From a virus, in IMG/VR virus record IMGVR_UViG_3300028394_000001, positions 32,001 through 96,000 of that record: DNA of 64,000 bases; one strand, given 5' to 3'. The position numbers and the translations under genes are program-made. Positions 46,795 through 57,100 of this stretch are shown piece after piece; within the stretch, counting starts at the first letter, position 1, and every line of letters starts with the position of its first letter. A model generated the notes under the pieces. It was given only the letters and a program-made list of their open reading frames with translations, did not search any database and was not told the origin of the DNA.

Positions 46795-47040
46795 ATGAAA
46801 AGAATTTTAAGATTTACCGCAGAGTGGTGCAGACCTTGTAAATCATTGGCTGCTATTTTGGAAGATGTTAAAGGAGATACCTTAATTGAGGTAATTGATA
46901 TTGACAAATATTCCGATATTGCAGTTGAGTTTGGTATTAGGTCTGTGCCGACTCTTGTAATGATGAATGAAAATATTGAAGTTAAGAGAATGACCGGTTT
47001 GAAAACTAAGAACGATTTGGAAATTTGGTTAACAACATAA
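46795..47040 (+). CDS. Thioredoxin
   Basis: WCRPC, IRSVPT. Confidence 0.9.
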   Translation: MKRILRFTAEWCRPCKSLAAILEDVKGDTLIEVIDIDKYSDIAVEFGIRSVPTLVMMNENIEVKRMTGLKTKNDLEIWLTT

Positions 47041-47049
47041 ATTTAAAAA

Positions 47050-47814
47050 ATGCAAAAGACATATAGAAGTATATTCATTTCAGATGTTCACTTAGGAACC
47101 AAAGATTGCCAAGCAGATAAATTGAATAACTTTTTAAAACATAATACCTGCGACACTCTTTATCTTGTGGGTGACATTATTGATGCATGGAGAATACAAC
47201 AAAATAAGTGGCGTTGGAAACAAAGCCATACAAATGTTGTCCGTAGAATTCTCGGCCATGCCAAGCGGGGTACAAAAGTAATTTATGTAGCTGGAAACCA
47301 TGATGAATTTTTAAGACCTATGATTCCCTATGGATTCAGTTTTGGTCTAATTGAAATACATAATCAAATAGAACATATTGGTGCTGACGGTAAACATTAT
47401 CTTGTTGTACATGGAGATTTATTTGATGGAATTACCAGACTAGCTCCTTGGTTAGCATTCTTGGGTGATAGAGCATATGATTTGATTTTGAGTCTAAATT
47501 CCAAATTCAATTGGTTTAGACACAAGTTTGGATTTGGTTATTGGAGTTTAAGTCAGTATTTAAAACAACGTGTTAAAAAAGCTGTTGACTTTATATTTAA
47601 GTTTGAGTATAATCTATCCAACTACTGTAAGAAGCGTGGATATGATGGCATAATTTGTGGCCACATCCACAAAGCTGAAATTAAAGATATTAATGGTATT
47701 GTATACATGAACGATGGTGATTGGGTGGAAAGTTGTACTGCACTGGTTGAACATCATGATGGTAAGTGGGAAATAATCACTTGGACAAAAGGATCAGATG
47801 ATGTTGAGCAATAA
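47050..47814 (+). CDS. LpxH-like metallophosphoesterase
   Basis: SDVHLG, GDIID, GNHD, HGD, GHIH, NDGDWVES. Confidence 0.85.
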   Translation: MQKTYRSIFISDVHLGTKDCQADKLNNFLKHNTCDTLYLVGDIIDAWRIQQNKWRWKQSHTNVVRRILGHAKRGTKVIYVAGNHDEFLRPMIPYGFSFGLIEIHNQIEHIGADGKHYLVVHGDLFDGITRLAPWLAFLGDRAYDLILSLNSKFNWFRHKFGFGYWSLSQYLKQRVKKAVDFIFKFEYNLSNYCKKRGYDGIICGHIHKAEIKDINGIVYMNDGDWVESCTALVEHHDGKWEIITWTKGSDDVEQ

Positions 47815-48508
47815 AATAACAATCGTTATTCCTTGCAAGAATGAAGAAAAATACATAGGGTGGTTATTATTACAATTACGCAATCAACTGATAGGCAGTA
47901 CAAGAATTATAATTGCAGATTGCTCTACTGACAATACTCGTAAAGTTATTGAATCCACCAAAGGAAGATTGAATGTTGAGATTATTGATGGTGGTCCAGT
48001 TAGTATTGCTAAAAACAATGGAGCCAAGTTAGTAACTACTCCGTACATCTTGTTTATCGATGCGGATGTTCGTTTCTTTAATATCGATACTATTCGTGAC
48101 GTAGTTGATGAAATGGAATCCCACAATCTAGATTTAATCGGATTGTACGCAAAGTGTTATGATAGTGATATAAGAGCACAGATTGGGTTTATGTTATTCA
48201 ACTTTGTAAATCGCATTATGAGTTACAAAGTTCCTTTTGCTGTTGGTGCATTTATGTTAACTCGCCGAGATAAGTTTGAAGAATTCGGTGGCTTTGCTGA
48301 AAATTATGGAACAAGCGAAGACTTCTTTCTGTCGAAGAAATATGATACAAAGAAGTTTAAATTGGTCAATCATTATGTTGGACAAGATAGTAGAAGATTT
48401 CAAAAAATGGGATACTTTGGTATGGCCTGGTACCTAATCAAGAATTTTTGGAATAGAAATAATAAAGAATACTGGAATAAAATAGACCATTCAAAATATT
48501 GGAATTAA
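47798..48508 (+). CDS. Glycosyltransferase family 2
   Basis: IVIPCKNEE, FIDAD, ED. Confidence 0.88.
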   Translation: MMLSNKITIVIPCKNEEKYIGWLLLQLRNQLIGSTRIIIADCSTDNTRKVIESTKGRLNVEIIDGGPVSIAKNNGAKLVTTPYILFIDADVRFFNIDTIRDVVDEMESHNLDLIGLYAKCYDSDIRAQIGFMLFNFVNRIMSYKVPFAVGAFMLTRRDKFEEFGGFAENYGTSEDFFLSKKYDTKKFKLVNHYVGQDSRRFQKMGYFGMAWYLIKNFWNRNNKEYWNKIDHSKYWN

Positions 48509-48520
48509 AGAAAGAAAAAA

Positions 48521-49507
48521 ATGATTAAAAAAACAAACCAAGACGTTACACAAGAACGTACATACTTTAAACCATTCAACTACGCCTGGGCATATGATGC
48601 ATGGTTGAAACATGAACAATCACATTGGTTGCATACAGAAGTTCCAATGATGGAAGATGTTAAAGATTGGAAGAAAAAACTATCAACGGAAGAAAAACAA
48701 TTTCTAACACACATTTTTAGATTTTTCACACAAGGTGATATTGATGTTGCTGGTGGTTATGTAAACAACTACTTGCCATATTTTCCACAACCTGAAATGC
48801 GTATGATGTTGTTAGGCTTTGCTGCTCGTGAAGCTCTACACGTTGCTGCTTATTCACACTTAATTGAAACACTTGGTCTACCGGAAACAACCTATAATGA
48901 ATTCTCTGAATATGCTGAAATGCGTGAGAAACATGATTATGTAATCGACATATCTAAACAAAATACAACTAAACAAAATACTGCAACACACATAGCTGTA
49001 TTCTCCGCATTCACCGAAGGTATGCAGTTGTTTTCCTCATTCATCATGTTATTGAATTTTCCCCGTCATGGTAAAATGAAAGGCATGGGCCAGATTGTTA
49101 CTTGGTCTATTGTCGATGAAACGCAACACGCAGAGAATATGATTAAATTGTTTAGAACATACATAGGTGAGAATCCAGAAATCTGGAATGATGAACTAAA
49201 ATCTCGCATCTACACTATCGCAGAAAAGATGGTTGAACTTGAAGATAAGTTTATTGATTTAGCTTTTAACATGGGTGCTATGGAAGGTCTATCTGCGGAA
49301 GATGTTAAGAAATATATTCGTTACATTGCTGACCGTAGATTGATTTCATTGAGTTTGAAAGGTATTTTTAAAGTTAAGAAAAACCCACTACCATGGGTTG
49401 AAGAAATGATTAATGCACCAACGCATACAAACTTCTTTGAGAATAGAGCAACCGACTATGCAAAGGGTGCTTTGTCTGGAGATTGGGGTGATGTGTGGGC
49501 AAACTAA
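48521..49507 (+). CDS. nrdB: Ribonucleotide reductase beta subunit
   Basis: EALHVAAY, EGMQLFSSF, DETQH, NFFE. Confidence 0.96.
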   Translation: MIKKTNQDVTQERTYFKPFNYAWAYDAWLKHEQSHWLHTEVPMMEDVKDWKKKLSTEEKQFLTHIFRFFTQGDIDVAGGYVNNYLPYFPQPEMRMMLLGFAAREALHVAAYSHLIETLGLPETTYNEFSEYAEMREKHDYVIDISKQNTTKQNTATHIAVFSAFTEGMQLFSSFIMLLNFPRHGKMKGMGQIVTWSIVDETQHAENMIKLFRTYIGENPEIWNDELKSRIYTIAEKMVELEDKFIDLAFNMGAMEGLSAEDVKKYIRYIADRRLISLSLKGIFKVKKNPLPWVEEMINAPTHTNFFENRATDYAKGALSGDWGDVWAN

Positions 49508-49528
49508 CAACAAAAATGGGAGATAAAA

Positions 49529-49717
49529 ATGAAAAACAAGATAGTATCAGGAGAATGTCTAAGTTGTGAATCAACTTATGAAGTTGAGTTTTATGAGGAA
49601 CTAACCTCACAAGAAATGCCAGAGTTTTGTCCATTTTGTGGTGAACCCATCGAAGAATTATCCGAAGAATATATAGAGGATGATGACATTGATGAAGATG
49701 ACTTAAAATGGGAATAA
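49529..49717 (+). CDS. Zinc-ribbon protein with acidic tail
   Basis: CLSC..CPFC. Confidence 0.72.
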   Translation: MKNKIVSGECLSCESTYEVEFYEELTSQEMPEFCPFCGEPIEELSEEYIEDDDIDEDDLKWE

Positions 49718-50139
49718 ACTGGTTATATAAAGACTCAGACTTTGTAGAAGATTTGATTGGAGATAGTTACGGGTTTGTTTACATAATAACAAACCTAGAA
49801 ACAAATAGAAAATACATTGGTAAGAAACTTTTCTATTTCTCCAAAACAAAACAAGTAAAAGGTAAAAGAAAAAAATATAAAGTGGCTAGCGATTGGCCAA
49901 CTTATTATGGTAGCAGTGAAGAATTACAAAAAGATGTTGAGCTCTATGGAAAAGATAAATTCAAAAGAGAAATACTACATCTATGTAAATCAAAAGGTGA
50001 ATGTAGTTATCTTGAAGCAAAAGAACAATTTGCACACAAGGTTATGGAGAGTGATGAATATTACAATAGCTGGATTATGGTTAGGGTAAGAAAATCACAT
50101 ATTAAGGATTATAATGCTAGACTACTTAAAGAAATTTGA
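49708..50139 (+). CDS. GIY-YIG nuclease
   Basis: GFVY..KYIGKK, YYGSS, YYN. Confidence 0.85.
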   Translation: MGINWLYKDSDFVEDLIGDSYGFVYIITNLETNRKYIGKKLFYFSKTKQVKGKRKKYKVASDWPTYYGSSEELQKDVELYGKDKFKREILHLCKSKGECSYLEAKEQFAHKVMESDEYYNSWIMVRVRKSHIKDYNARLLKEI

Positions 50140-50455
50140 TAAGGCAAATTTTCATACGTTTATGTTTTTACCCGGTGAAGAAGAAGATTCTTTACACATT
50201 GAAGTTAATGAATTAAAAGAAGCTGGTGAAAAAGTTTCGGGTAGTGTTTTAGGTGATTGTTATGATGTTATAATATTCAAAGAAACCGAAGATGGTGACA
50301 TTGATAACTTGGAAAGATTTGATGCAATCCTTGCAGCTCCGTTGGAATATATGTCCATGTTGATACCTTTGGATTTTTATGGTGTAATTTGTAAAAAAAC
50401 AACAACATCTGGTAAACTTATGGATGGAATATTTGACAAATTTCAAGAAACGTGA
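50114..50455 (+). CDS. Hypothetical acidic protein
   Basis: ORF in operon. Confidence 0.65.
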   Translation: MLDYLKKFDKANFHTFMFLPGEEEDSLHIEVNELKEAGEKVSGSVLGDCYDVIIFKETEDGDIDNLERFDAILAAPLEYMSMLIPLDFYGVICKKTTTSGKLMDGIFDKFQET

Positions 50456-50487
50456 TATAGTGTAGTTTTATAACTTATGGATTTATA

Positions 50488-51348
50488 ATGATTCTCGTTG
50501 ACCTGAACCAGGTTCTTTTAGCCGGACTAATGGCACAATTGTCAAATCAAAAAGGAGTTAAGTTAGAAGAAGACTTAATTCGCCACTTGGTCTTGAATAT
50601 CCTTAGGATGCACCTAAAGACTTTCCGTAACGAATACGGAGAAGTTGTACTCTGTTGTGACAACCGCAAATATTGGCGTAAGGAGTTCTTTCCATTCTAC
50701 AAGGCGGGCCGTAAAGCAACCCGTGAAAAGTCTGCACTAGATTGGCATCTGATTTTTGAATTGTTGACCAAGCTCAAACAAGAACTGAAAGAAAACTTTC
50801 CTTACAAGGTTATTGATGTTGACGGAGCAGAAGCTGATGACATTATTGGTACACTTGCACCAAGATATGCAGCACATCAAAAAGTATTGATTTTATCCAG
50901 TGACGGAGATTTTCTCCAGTTGCAACAATACGGACCAAATATTAAACAATACAATCCATCACAAAAGAAATTTATCAAATCACAAAACCCGTTGGTTGAG
51001 TTAAAAGAGAAAATCATTCGCGGTGATAAAGGTGACGGCATTCCAAACATCTTTTCATCCTCAGACTGTTTTGTCCGCGGTATTCGGCAAAAGAGTATTT
51101 CAGAAGATAAATTGAATAAACTGTTAAAAGAAGATATGGTTCAAACCAGTGACTTGATTGACAGTAATGCTTTAACGGGGTTCTCACGCAATAAGACCTT
51201 AATTGACCTTACTTGCATACCTGTTGAAATTAAAGAGAAAATCATAAATACTTATGATGAATCTAAACCCGCATCTAAACAAAAGATGTTTAACTATTTT
51301 ATTCAGTACAAGCTGAAAAATTTAATGGAAGTAATTGAGGACTTTTAA
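50488..51348 (+). CDS. rnh: T4 RNase H (5'-3' exonuclease)
   Basis: YWRK..YK..R, EADDII, SSDGDF, GDKGDGIPN; sigma70 promoter at 50433-50461. Confidence 0.95.
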   Translation: MILVDLNQVLLAGLMAQLSNQKGVKLEEDLIRHLVLNILRMHLKTFRNEYGEVVLCCDNRKYWRKEFFPFYKAGRKATREKSALDWHLIFELLTKLKQELKENFPYKVIDVDGAEADDIIGTLAPRYAAHQKVLILSSDGDFLQLQQYGPNIKQYNPSQKKFIKSQNPLVELKEKIIRGDKGDGIPNIFSSSDCFVRGIRQKSISEDKLNKLLKEDMVQTSDLIDSNALTGFSRNKTLIDLTCIPVEIKEKIINTYDESKPASKQKMFNYFIQYKLKNLMEVIEDF

Positions 51349-51770
51349 TGAAAAATGTATATGAAATTTTTGATGAATTTGAACTTGCTGTAACTAATCA
51401 ACAACGAATGGATGTAATTGGAAAAAATCTATCCAAAGTATTGACCGAAGTGTTGAAATTGGGATTTCATCCAGGACCACAATGGTATTTTAATGATATG
51501 CCTGATGGATATGTAATAAAGAATGTTCCAGCAGGAATGAGTTACTCAAGTCTTTCGACTGAAATGCGGAAACTTTACATGTTTCAAAAAGGCAATGAAA
51601 CAGCTGATAAACTAACAGATAAAAAGCGTGAACAGCTTTTAGTTGAGTTTTTGCAGAATTTGGAACCCCGTGAAGCAGAAGTTGTCATGGGTATTTTTAG
51701 AAAAGATTTTGGTGTAAAAGGACTTAATTACAAGTTCATTAAATCGGCTTTCCCGGCAATGTTGCCATAA
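51348..51770 (+). CDS. Conserved T4-like hypothetical protein following rnh
   Basis: KREQL..L..LEPREAE. Confidence 0.7.
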   Translation: MKNVYEIFDEFELAVTNQQRMDVIGKNLSKVLTEVLKLGFHPGPQWYFNDMPDGYVIKNVPAGMSYSSLSTEMRKLYMFQKGNETADKLTDKKREQLLVEFLQNLEPREAEVVMGIFRKDFGVKGLNYKFIKSAFPAMLP

Positions 51771-51785
51771 CTATAGGAGTTTTAG

Positions 51786-51965
51786 GTGTCAAAAGATGTA
51801 GAGAAGTTTCGCAAAGATAGAAACTACAACGAAGATTATGGTTTTGAAAAAAACCAATATGATAAGCGTAAAAAGCGAGACAAACAAAAGAGTTTTACTA
51901 GACAATCCCAATTTGATAAGTACGAAACCGATTGGGGTGCCGATAAAATGAAATTTAGACGTTAA
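51786..51965 (+). CDS. Small basic protein (59 aa, absent from ORF track)
   Basis: AGGAG RBS, GTG start. Confidence 0.55.
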   Translation: MSKDVEKFRKDRNYNEDYGFEKNQYDKRKKRDKQKSFTRQSQFDKYETDWGADKMKFRR

Positions 51966-51966
51966 G

Positions 51967-52019
51967 TGTTGTATTAAAACAACAAAAAACTTGACAATTA
52001 CTTGAAAGTTCTGTATAAT
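51967..52019 (+). promoter_or_regulatory. Palindrome plus sigma70 promoter
   Basis: TGTTGT-N6-ACAACA; TTGACA-17-TATAAT. Confidence 0.8.
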
Positions 52020-52043
52020 GTGAATCTTGTACGGAAATATATT

Positions 52044-52388
52044 ATGTTTATCCACTGTAAAGTTCCCAAATCTAAAAAACGCAAAGTGCCTAAGAACCAA
52101 CAGGCACAGTATGAAGAATGGCTCAAATCCATCGAGGATATGAAGCCTAAGTCATTAAGTAAATACTCAAAAACAATGGAAATCAAAACTCCTGTTGTGG
52201 CCAGTGTTTATGTCCGCGAAACGGCTAAATTTAAGTCATTGGATACGGGACCAGGTGATGCAACTAAAGCTCCAGCTAAAATATACACTGGAAATATGGT
52301 CAAAGGGATTGCAACAATGCATAAATCTAATGCCGTACCTGTTTTTACTGATGAGCAAGCAAAAGACATTTCAAGTATGAGGCGTTAA
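52044..52388 (+). CDS. Conserved T4-like hypothetical protein
   Basis: GIATMHKSNAVPV. Confidence 0.72.
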   Translation: MFIHCKVPKSKKRKVPKNQQAQYEEWLKSIEDMKPKSLSKYSKTMEIKTPVVASVYVRETAKFKSLDTGPGDATKAPAKIYTGNMVKGIATMHKSNAVPVFTDEQAKDISSMRR

Positions 52389-52389
52389 C

Positions 52390-52539
52390 ATGAAAAAACT
52401 CAATTTTACACTAAAACTAGCACGTCCGCACTGCCGGACTCCCATAAAACCCGTGCAAAAGCACAAAATTGTGTCAGAGCACGACCGGAAAGTCAAACAT
52501 CCGCAGAAACTGTCACGAATTCTTCTCGGAGAGCAATAA
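52390..52539 (+). CDS. Small basic protein (49 aa)
   Basis: ATG one base after the upstream stop; K/H/R-rich. Confidence 0.5.
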   Translation: MKKLNFTLKLARPHCRTPIKPVQKHKIVSEHDRKVKHPQKLSRILLGEQ

Positions 52540-52541
52540 AA

Positions 52542-52694
52542 ATGACAGAAAATACAGAAATTGACAATAATAAACCAAAATTCACTGAGGAATCACTAAA
52601 TGAGCTCAATCAAGCTGTCCGTCGATGGGCTGTTATGACACAATTTGAACAGGATCAAGAAAATTATGAACAACTACGACAATATACCAACTGA
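52542..52694 (+). CDS. Small hypothetical protein (50 aa)
   Basis: GGAG RBS. Confidence 0.5.
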   Translation: MTENTEIDNNKPKFTEESLNELNQAVRRWAVMTQFEQDQENYEQLRQYTN

Positions 52695-52881
52695 AAACAC
52701 TTGGATTACATACATTCAAGAAGCCGAAGACGGATCCGGCGATGGAATTCTGACTTTTCCACCAGAGTTAATCGAAAAAATGGGTTGGAAAGAAGGAACA
52801 ACACTACACCTAGAGGTGAACGAACAAGGCACACTAATTATTACTGATAAAAGCTTGACAAATAACGAAAATAGTGTATAA
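52666..52881 (+). CDS. AbrB/MazE-like DNA-binding protein
   Basis: LTFPPELIEKMGWKEGTTL. Confidence 0.7.
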   Translation: MNNYDNIPTENTWITYIQEAEDGSGDGILTFPPELIEKMGWKEGTTLHLEVNEQGTLIITDKSLTNNENSV

Positions 52882-52907
52882 TACATACATTATCTTTAGG
52901 AAATACC

Positions 52908-55109
52908 ATGGAACTAATCGAATCCAAGTCAATTCTTGCCAAACTTATGGCAACCGAGAACCTTCATATCGAACAACGCAAGGTTCCGACAGCATCCTTT
53001 GATGTTAAAAATCGTATTCTAACCATTCCTATTCTGGAAAACGGAATCTCATCTTATCTGTACGACCTTTTCATGGGTCACGAAGTCGGTCATGCACTTT
53101 ATACACCAGAAGATGGTATGAAAAAGGCCTACGACCTAAAATACTCCATGAGTGTTATGAATGTACTGGAAGATTCCCGTATTGAACGTAAAATCAAAAC
53201 AAAATATCCCGGCATTCGTCAGTCTTTCATTCGTGCTTACAAAGAATTGGTTGACCAAGATTTCTTTGGAACCGAAGGCAAAGACCTGAATGAACTAAAT
53301 TTCATCGACCGTGTTAACCTTTACTGCAAAGGTGGTGCATCAACTGGCATTAAATTCAGTGATGTTGAAACCGAACTCCTGGAAGAAATCGAAAACACAC
53401 AAACCTATGATGATGTAATTGAAGTTTACAAAAAAGTTTCAGATTACATGAAAAGTGAAGAAGAAGACAATCCTGAACCTGAAACTGAAACCAAAAAAGG
53501 TGATGGTGAATTGTCTGATGAAGAAATGGAAGAAATGCTTGAGGAAATCCTTGGTGAAAAAACTGATGAGCAACCAGATGAAGATAGCAAAAAAGATAAA
53601 GCACAAGATGAAGGCTTGGGTGGTGAAGAAGGAAACAAAAATTCTTCTCCTGGTGATTCACAAGAAGAAGGTGTAAGTGACGACTCCGGTAAAAACCAAG
53701 GTGGTGGTGCCGGCGGCCGTAAAACAAAACAAGTTGAAGAACCTGTTTCAGAAACAGATGAAGCTTACCGTAAAAACGAAAGCCGAATGTTTTCTTCTAG
53801 TTCTTTAGAATATGGATATGGTAATGTTCCAAATTTAGACATTGATAGAATTATTGTGAATCACAGTGTAGTTTGGTCTCGTTATGAAGATGATGTTACA
53901 TCCAAGTATAAAGAGTTGGGTGGACCCAAATCCGAATGGAAAGAATTCTTAGTAAAAGATAAAGAAGAATTTCTTAAATTCCGTGAAGATTCTAAGAAAG
54001 TGGTTTCTTATCTTGTAAAAGAATTTGAGCTGCGTAAGAATGCTGACCAAATGAAACGTGCTAGCATTTCCAAAACTGGTGAACTGAATATGAGTAAGAT
54101 TTTCTCTTATCAATTCAGTGAAGATATTTTCAAGAAGATTACTGTTGTACCTGGTGGTAAATCACATGGTCTGGTTATGTTCATTGATTGGTCAGGTTCT
54201 ATGTCTGATAACATTGGAAACACCGTAAAGCAATTATTGAACCTTGTAATGTTTTGCAAGAAGATTAATATTCCTTATGAAGTATATGCTTTCAGTACCG
54301 AATATGAAGATATTGATAAAGGTTGGCAACATCAAAGTAACCTAAAACGCGGTGATATGTGTCTTTCTGATTTTAGATTGTTGAATCTGCTTTCAAACAA
54401 AATGAGTGCAGTACAATTCACTAAAGCTGCTGGTGCTCTTTTGAGATATGAAACACACGGTCGTTGGACAATGCCTGAATGGTTTAAACTTGGTGGAACT
54501 CCTTTGAATGAATCTATTGTTGCTGCAATGAAAATTGTTCCAAGATTCAAAAAGGATAACCGTCTGCAAATTGTTAATACTGTATTCTTGACTGATGGTG
54601 AAGGAAATAAATGGACTTCTGTTGCTGATGGTTGTGGCCGTTATCTGTGGTCAGCTCAAGGTTATGGTAGCAAAAACCAAAGATTGATTATCCGTGATCC
54701 AATCACAAAATATGAAGTGATGGTTTCAGATATGACGGACAATGAACTGACTTCAGCTTACATCAAACTTCTGAAAGTCCGTACAGGTTGTAATATTATT
54801 GGTTTCTATGTTCTTCCTGGCCGTTCTTTTAGTTATGTTGTATCGAAATATATGCCAGACCTTGATTCAATTAAAACTGAAAAATTGAAGAAAGACTTTC
54901 GTACTAACAAGTTTCAAGTTATCACCAACGGTGGTTTTGATGAGTATTATTTGCTCCGTTCCGAAGGCCTAGATACTGATGAAGATTCAGAATTTGAAGT
55001 AGAAGAATCCGCATCTTTGAAAAAGATTGCTTCCCAATTCAACAAATTTAGTTCTTCAAGAAAAAGCAGCCGAGTTGTTCTCAACCGGTTTATTGATTTG
55101 ATTACATAA
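52908..55109 (+). CDS. HExxH metallopeptidase, acidic linker and vWA domain (CobT-like)
   Basis: HEVGH, NVLEDSRIE, IDWSGSM, GGTPL, LTDGE; promoter at 52855. Confidence 0.82.
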   Translation: MELIESKSILAKLMATENLHIEQRKVPTASFDVKNRILTIPILENGISSYLYDLFMGHEVGHALYTPEDGMKKAYDLKYSMSVMNVLEDSRIERKIKTKYPGIRQSFIRAYKELVDQDFFGTEGKDLNELNFIDRVNLYCKGGASTGIKFSDVETELLEEIENTQTYDDVIEVYKKVSDYMKSEEEDNPEPETETKKGDGELSDEEMEEMLEEILGEKTDEQPDEDSKKDKAQDEGLGGEEGNKNSSPGDSQEEGVSDDSGKNQGGGAGGRKTKQVEEPVSETDEAYRKNESRMFSSSSLEYGYGNVPNLDIDRIIVNHSVVWSRYEDDVTSKYKELGGPKSEWKEFLVKDKEEFLKFREDSKKVVSYLVKEFELRKNADQMKRASISKTGELNMSKIFSYQFSEDIFKKITVVPGGKSHGLVMFIDWSGSMSDNIGNTVKQLLNLVMFCKKINIPYEVYAFSTEYEDIDKGWQHQSNLKRGDMCLSDFRLLNLLSNKMSAVQFTKAAGALLRYETHGRWTMPEWFKLGGTPLNESIVAAMKIVPRFKKDNRLQIVNTVFLTDGEGNKWTSVADGCGRYLWSAQGYGSKNQRLIIRDPITKYEVMVSDMTDNELTSAYIKLLKVRTGCNIIGFYVLPGRSFSYVVSKYMPDLDSIKTEKLKKDFRTNKFQVITNGGFDEYYLLRSEGLDTDEDSEFEVEESASLKKIASQFNKFSSSRKSSRVVLNRFIDLIT

Positions 55110-55118
55110 GGAGTTAGT

Positions 55119-55316
55119 ATGTTTGATTTATGTTACACTGCACAAGTAGACAATAAGAAAAGTGAAGTCCGCAAGGATGCAATGGGTGTATACACTATTG
55201 CTTTTTATATGAACGATATGTTTTCACACTCCGCTCGGAGTTATGTGAAAGAAGAAGCTGAGAAGTTGGCTGATTCATTTGTTGGTAATAGCCGTCCTAC
55301 ATTCCTATCAGAATGA
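55119..55316 (+). CDS. Hypothetical protein
   Basis: AAGGAG RBS. Confidence 0.65.
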   Translation: MFDLCYTAQVDNKKSEVRKDAMGVYTIAFYMNDMFSHSARSYVKEEAEKLADSFVGNSRPTFLSE

Positions 55317-56134
55317 GAGTATTAATTACTGGTTCAAACGGGTACATCGGTAAGCATTTGTATAGAATGCTTATCGAGACTCGTCCTGATATTGAAATAT
55401 ATCGATTGGACTATAATGATCCTGCGTGGAATAAAAATATAGACATTCGTAATCATAATGACATTTACAATCATTTCTCTGATGTGTTCTTTGATGCTGT
55501 GATTCATCTTGCTGCACTTGTTCGTGTTGGTGAATCGGTTGAAAGGCCTAAAGCATATTGTGAAACGAATGTTAACGGTACAATCAATCTACTGGAGAAT
55601 TTGGAATATAAAAACTTCATTTTCGCATCTACCGGTGCTGCAAGTAATCCAACAAGTCCTTATGCCTACACCAAATTGATGGCTGAGCATATCATTAGAG
55701 AATATATGGGAGAAAAAGATTACACCATCTTTAGATTCTATAATGTAACTGGGTCTGGAGGTTATCCTGCAACGAATCCAGATGGTCTGTTCTACAATCT
55801 GACTAACGCTATACAAACTAGGGCTTTCACACTTTATGGAACGAATTATCCGACCAAGGATGGTACTGCTATCCGTGAGTATGTCCATGTGAATGATATT
55901 TGCAGAGCGCTCATTAAGGCTATAGATAAACCAAGCATGTCTATTGAGAATCTAGCATATGGTGATACTCGGACAGTCCAAGAGATTGTTGACATTTTTA
56001 AGAAAGTCAATGGTGTAGACTTTAAAGTGAATCATTCCCCTAGGAGAGATGGTGACTTGATAGAAAATTATTTGAAGAATCCCTCAACCTACATGGAACG
56101 TAATTATACTTACGAAGAAATGTTAAAAATATAG
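55313..56134 (+). CDS. NAD-dependent epimerase (GalE-like)
   Basis: TGSNGYIG, HLAA, YAYTK, DGTAIREYVHV. Confidence 0.88.
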   Translation: MRVLITGSNGYIGKHLYRMLIETRPDIEIYRLDYNDPAWNKNIDIRNHNDIYNHFSDVFFDAVIHLAALVRVGESVERPKAYCETNVNGTINLLENLEYKNFIFASTGAASNPTSPYAYTKLMAEHIIREYMGEKDYTIFRFYNVTGSGGYPATNPDGLFYNLTNAIQTRAFTLYGTNYPTKDGTAIREYVHVNDICRALIKAIDKPSMSIENLAYGDTRTVQEIVDIFKKVNGVDFKVNHSPRRDGDLIENYLKNPSTYMERNYTYEEMLKI

Positions 56135-56144
56135 AAAGAAAATT

Positions 56145-56405
56145 ATGCTAAAGCCTTTGAGAAATAAATTAGTGGTAGAGATTATTGAAAAAGAAAAAGT
56201 ATCATCGGGTGGTATTATTCTAACTAGGTCTGACCGTGATGAAGTTAACCGCGGTAAAGTTATCTTTGTTGGTTCTGGTGTGCTTGACATTTCTGTTGGT
56301 GATGTTATACTACCCAACTGGAACGCAGCAGTTAAGACTGTTGTTGAAGGAAACACTTTCTACATCCTTTCAGAAGAAGATGTAGTTTTGATTTTTGGTG
56401 ATTAA
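56145..56405 (+). CDS. groES: Co-chaperonin GroES
   Basis: LKPL..KVSSGGIIL..GKVIFVG. Confidence 0.88.
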   Translation: MLKPLRNKLVVEIIEKEKVSSGGIILTRSDRDEVNRGKVIFVGSGVLDISVGDVILPNWNAAVKTVVEGNTFYILSEEDVVLIFGD

Positions 56406-56723
56406 ATGGCAAAAGCAAATTGGAATATAAATCCTTGGGACGATTTTCACAAAACAGCGACAGAAACTCAACATGTAATCAAAGGTGAAATGTTGACGGC
56501 TAATTTTAAAATAACAGAATTTCAAAAATTAAGCCTCGATGTTGGAGATTCAGAAGCTTGGATTAAGAAAAGTTTATGTGATATGATTGCTGAAGACTTG
56601 TTACGGTCTAAATATGTTTTGTTTACAAAAAGGGAAGATAAAATAATAGGTGGCACCGATTATCTAGTTCGAGCCTTCCTTGTTCCTTCGGACATGGTAC
56701 AAATCTTGAAACAGGTTAAATGA
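56406..56723 (+). CDS. Hypothetical protein
   Basis: Coupled ORF. Confidence 0.6.
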   Translation: MAKANWNINPWDDFHKTATETQHVIKGEMLTANFKITEFQKLSLDVGDSEAWIKKSLCDMIAEDLLRSKYVLFTKREDKIIGGTDYLVRAFLVPSDMVQILKQVK

Positions 56724-56730
56724 ATTTATT

Positions 56731-56937
56731 ATGGAAAAACTTTATATGATTACTGAACCTACTGAACGGCTGTCCGATGCAGCCCTACAATCCAACCTGA
56801 GTTATTATACTACATTGTCTATTGAACACCAAATCAAGCATATGGAGTATGATGATAAAGCCTTTCTCATTGAAGAAGAACTGAGGCTCCGGGAAATGCA
56901 GAGAATGAATAATGGCGACCAGAACCAAGAAGCCTGA
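56731..56937 (+). CDS. Hypothetical protein
   Basis: ORF in operon. Confidence 0.55.
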   Translation: MEKLYMITEPTERLSDAALQSNLSYYTTLSIEHQIKHMEYDDKAFLIEEELRLREMQRMNNGDQNQEA

Positions 56938-57100
56938 ACCGTTTGTCGTAGAAGTCCTGAGTACCGAAGGTTACCGACATTTTTGGAATGATGTTGAGAT
57001 TGATGAAGAAACATTTAACAAAAATAACAAAGACCACGAAGAATGGATTGCAAGGTTCCAGGAGACTGTTGAACCTCCACCTAAGAGGAAAAAGAAATGA
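56912..57100 (+). CDS. Hypothetical protein
   Basis: ORF in operon. Confidence 0.5.
   Translation: MATRTKKPEPFVVEVLSTEGYRHFWNDVEIDEETFNKNNKDHEEWIARFQETVEPPPKRKKK

Noticed and set aside
18160-49507. Introns or inteins in gp43, gp41, nrdA, nrdB or thyX
   Set aside because: All are continuous and of ordinary length.
52908-55109. Cobalamin biosynthesis role for the CobT-like gene
   Set aside because: It is a peptidase/vWA protein of the type common in T4-like phages; no cobalamin pathway genes are in the window.
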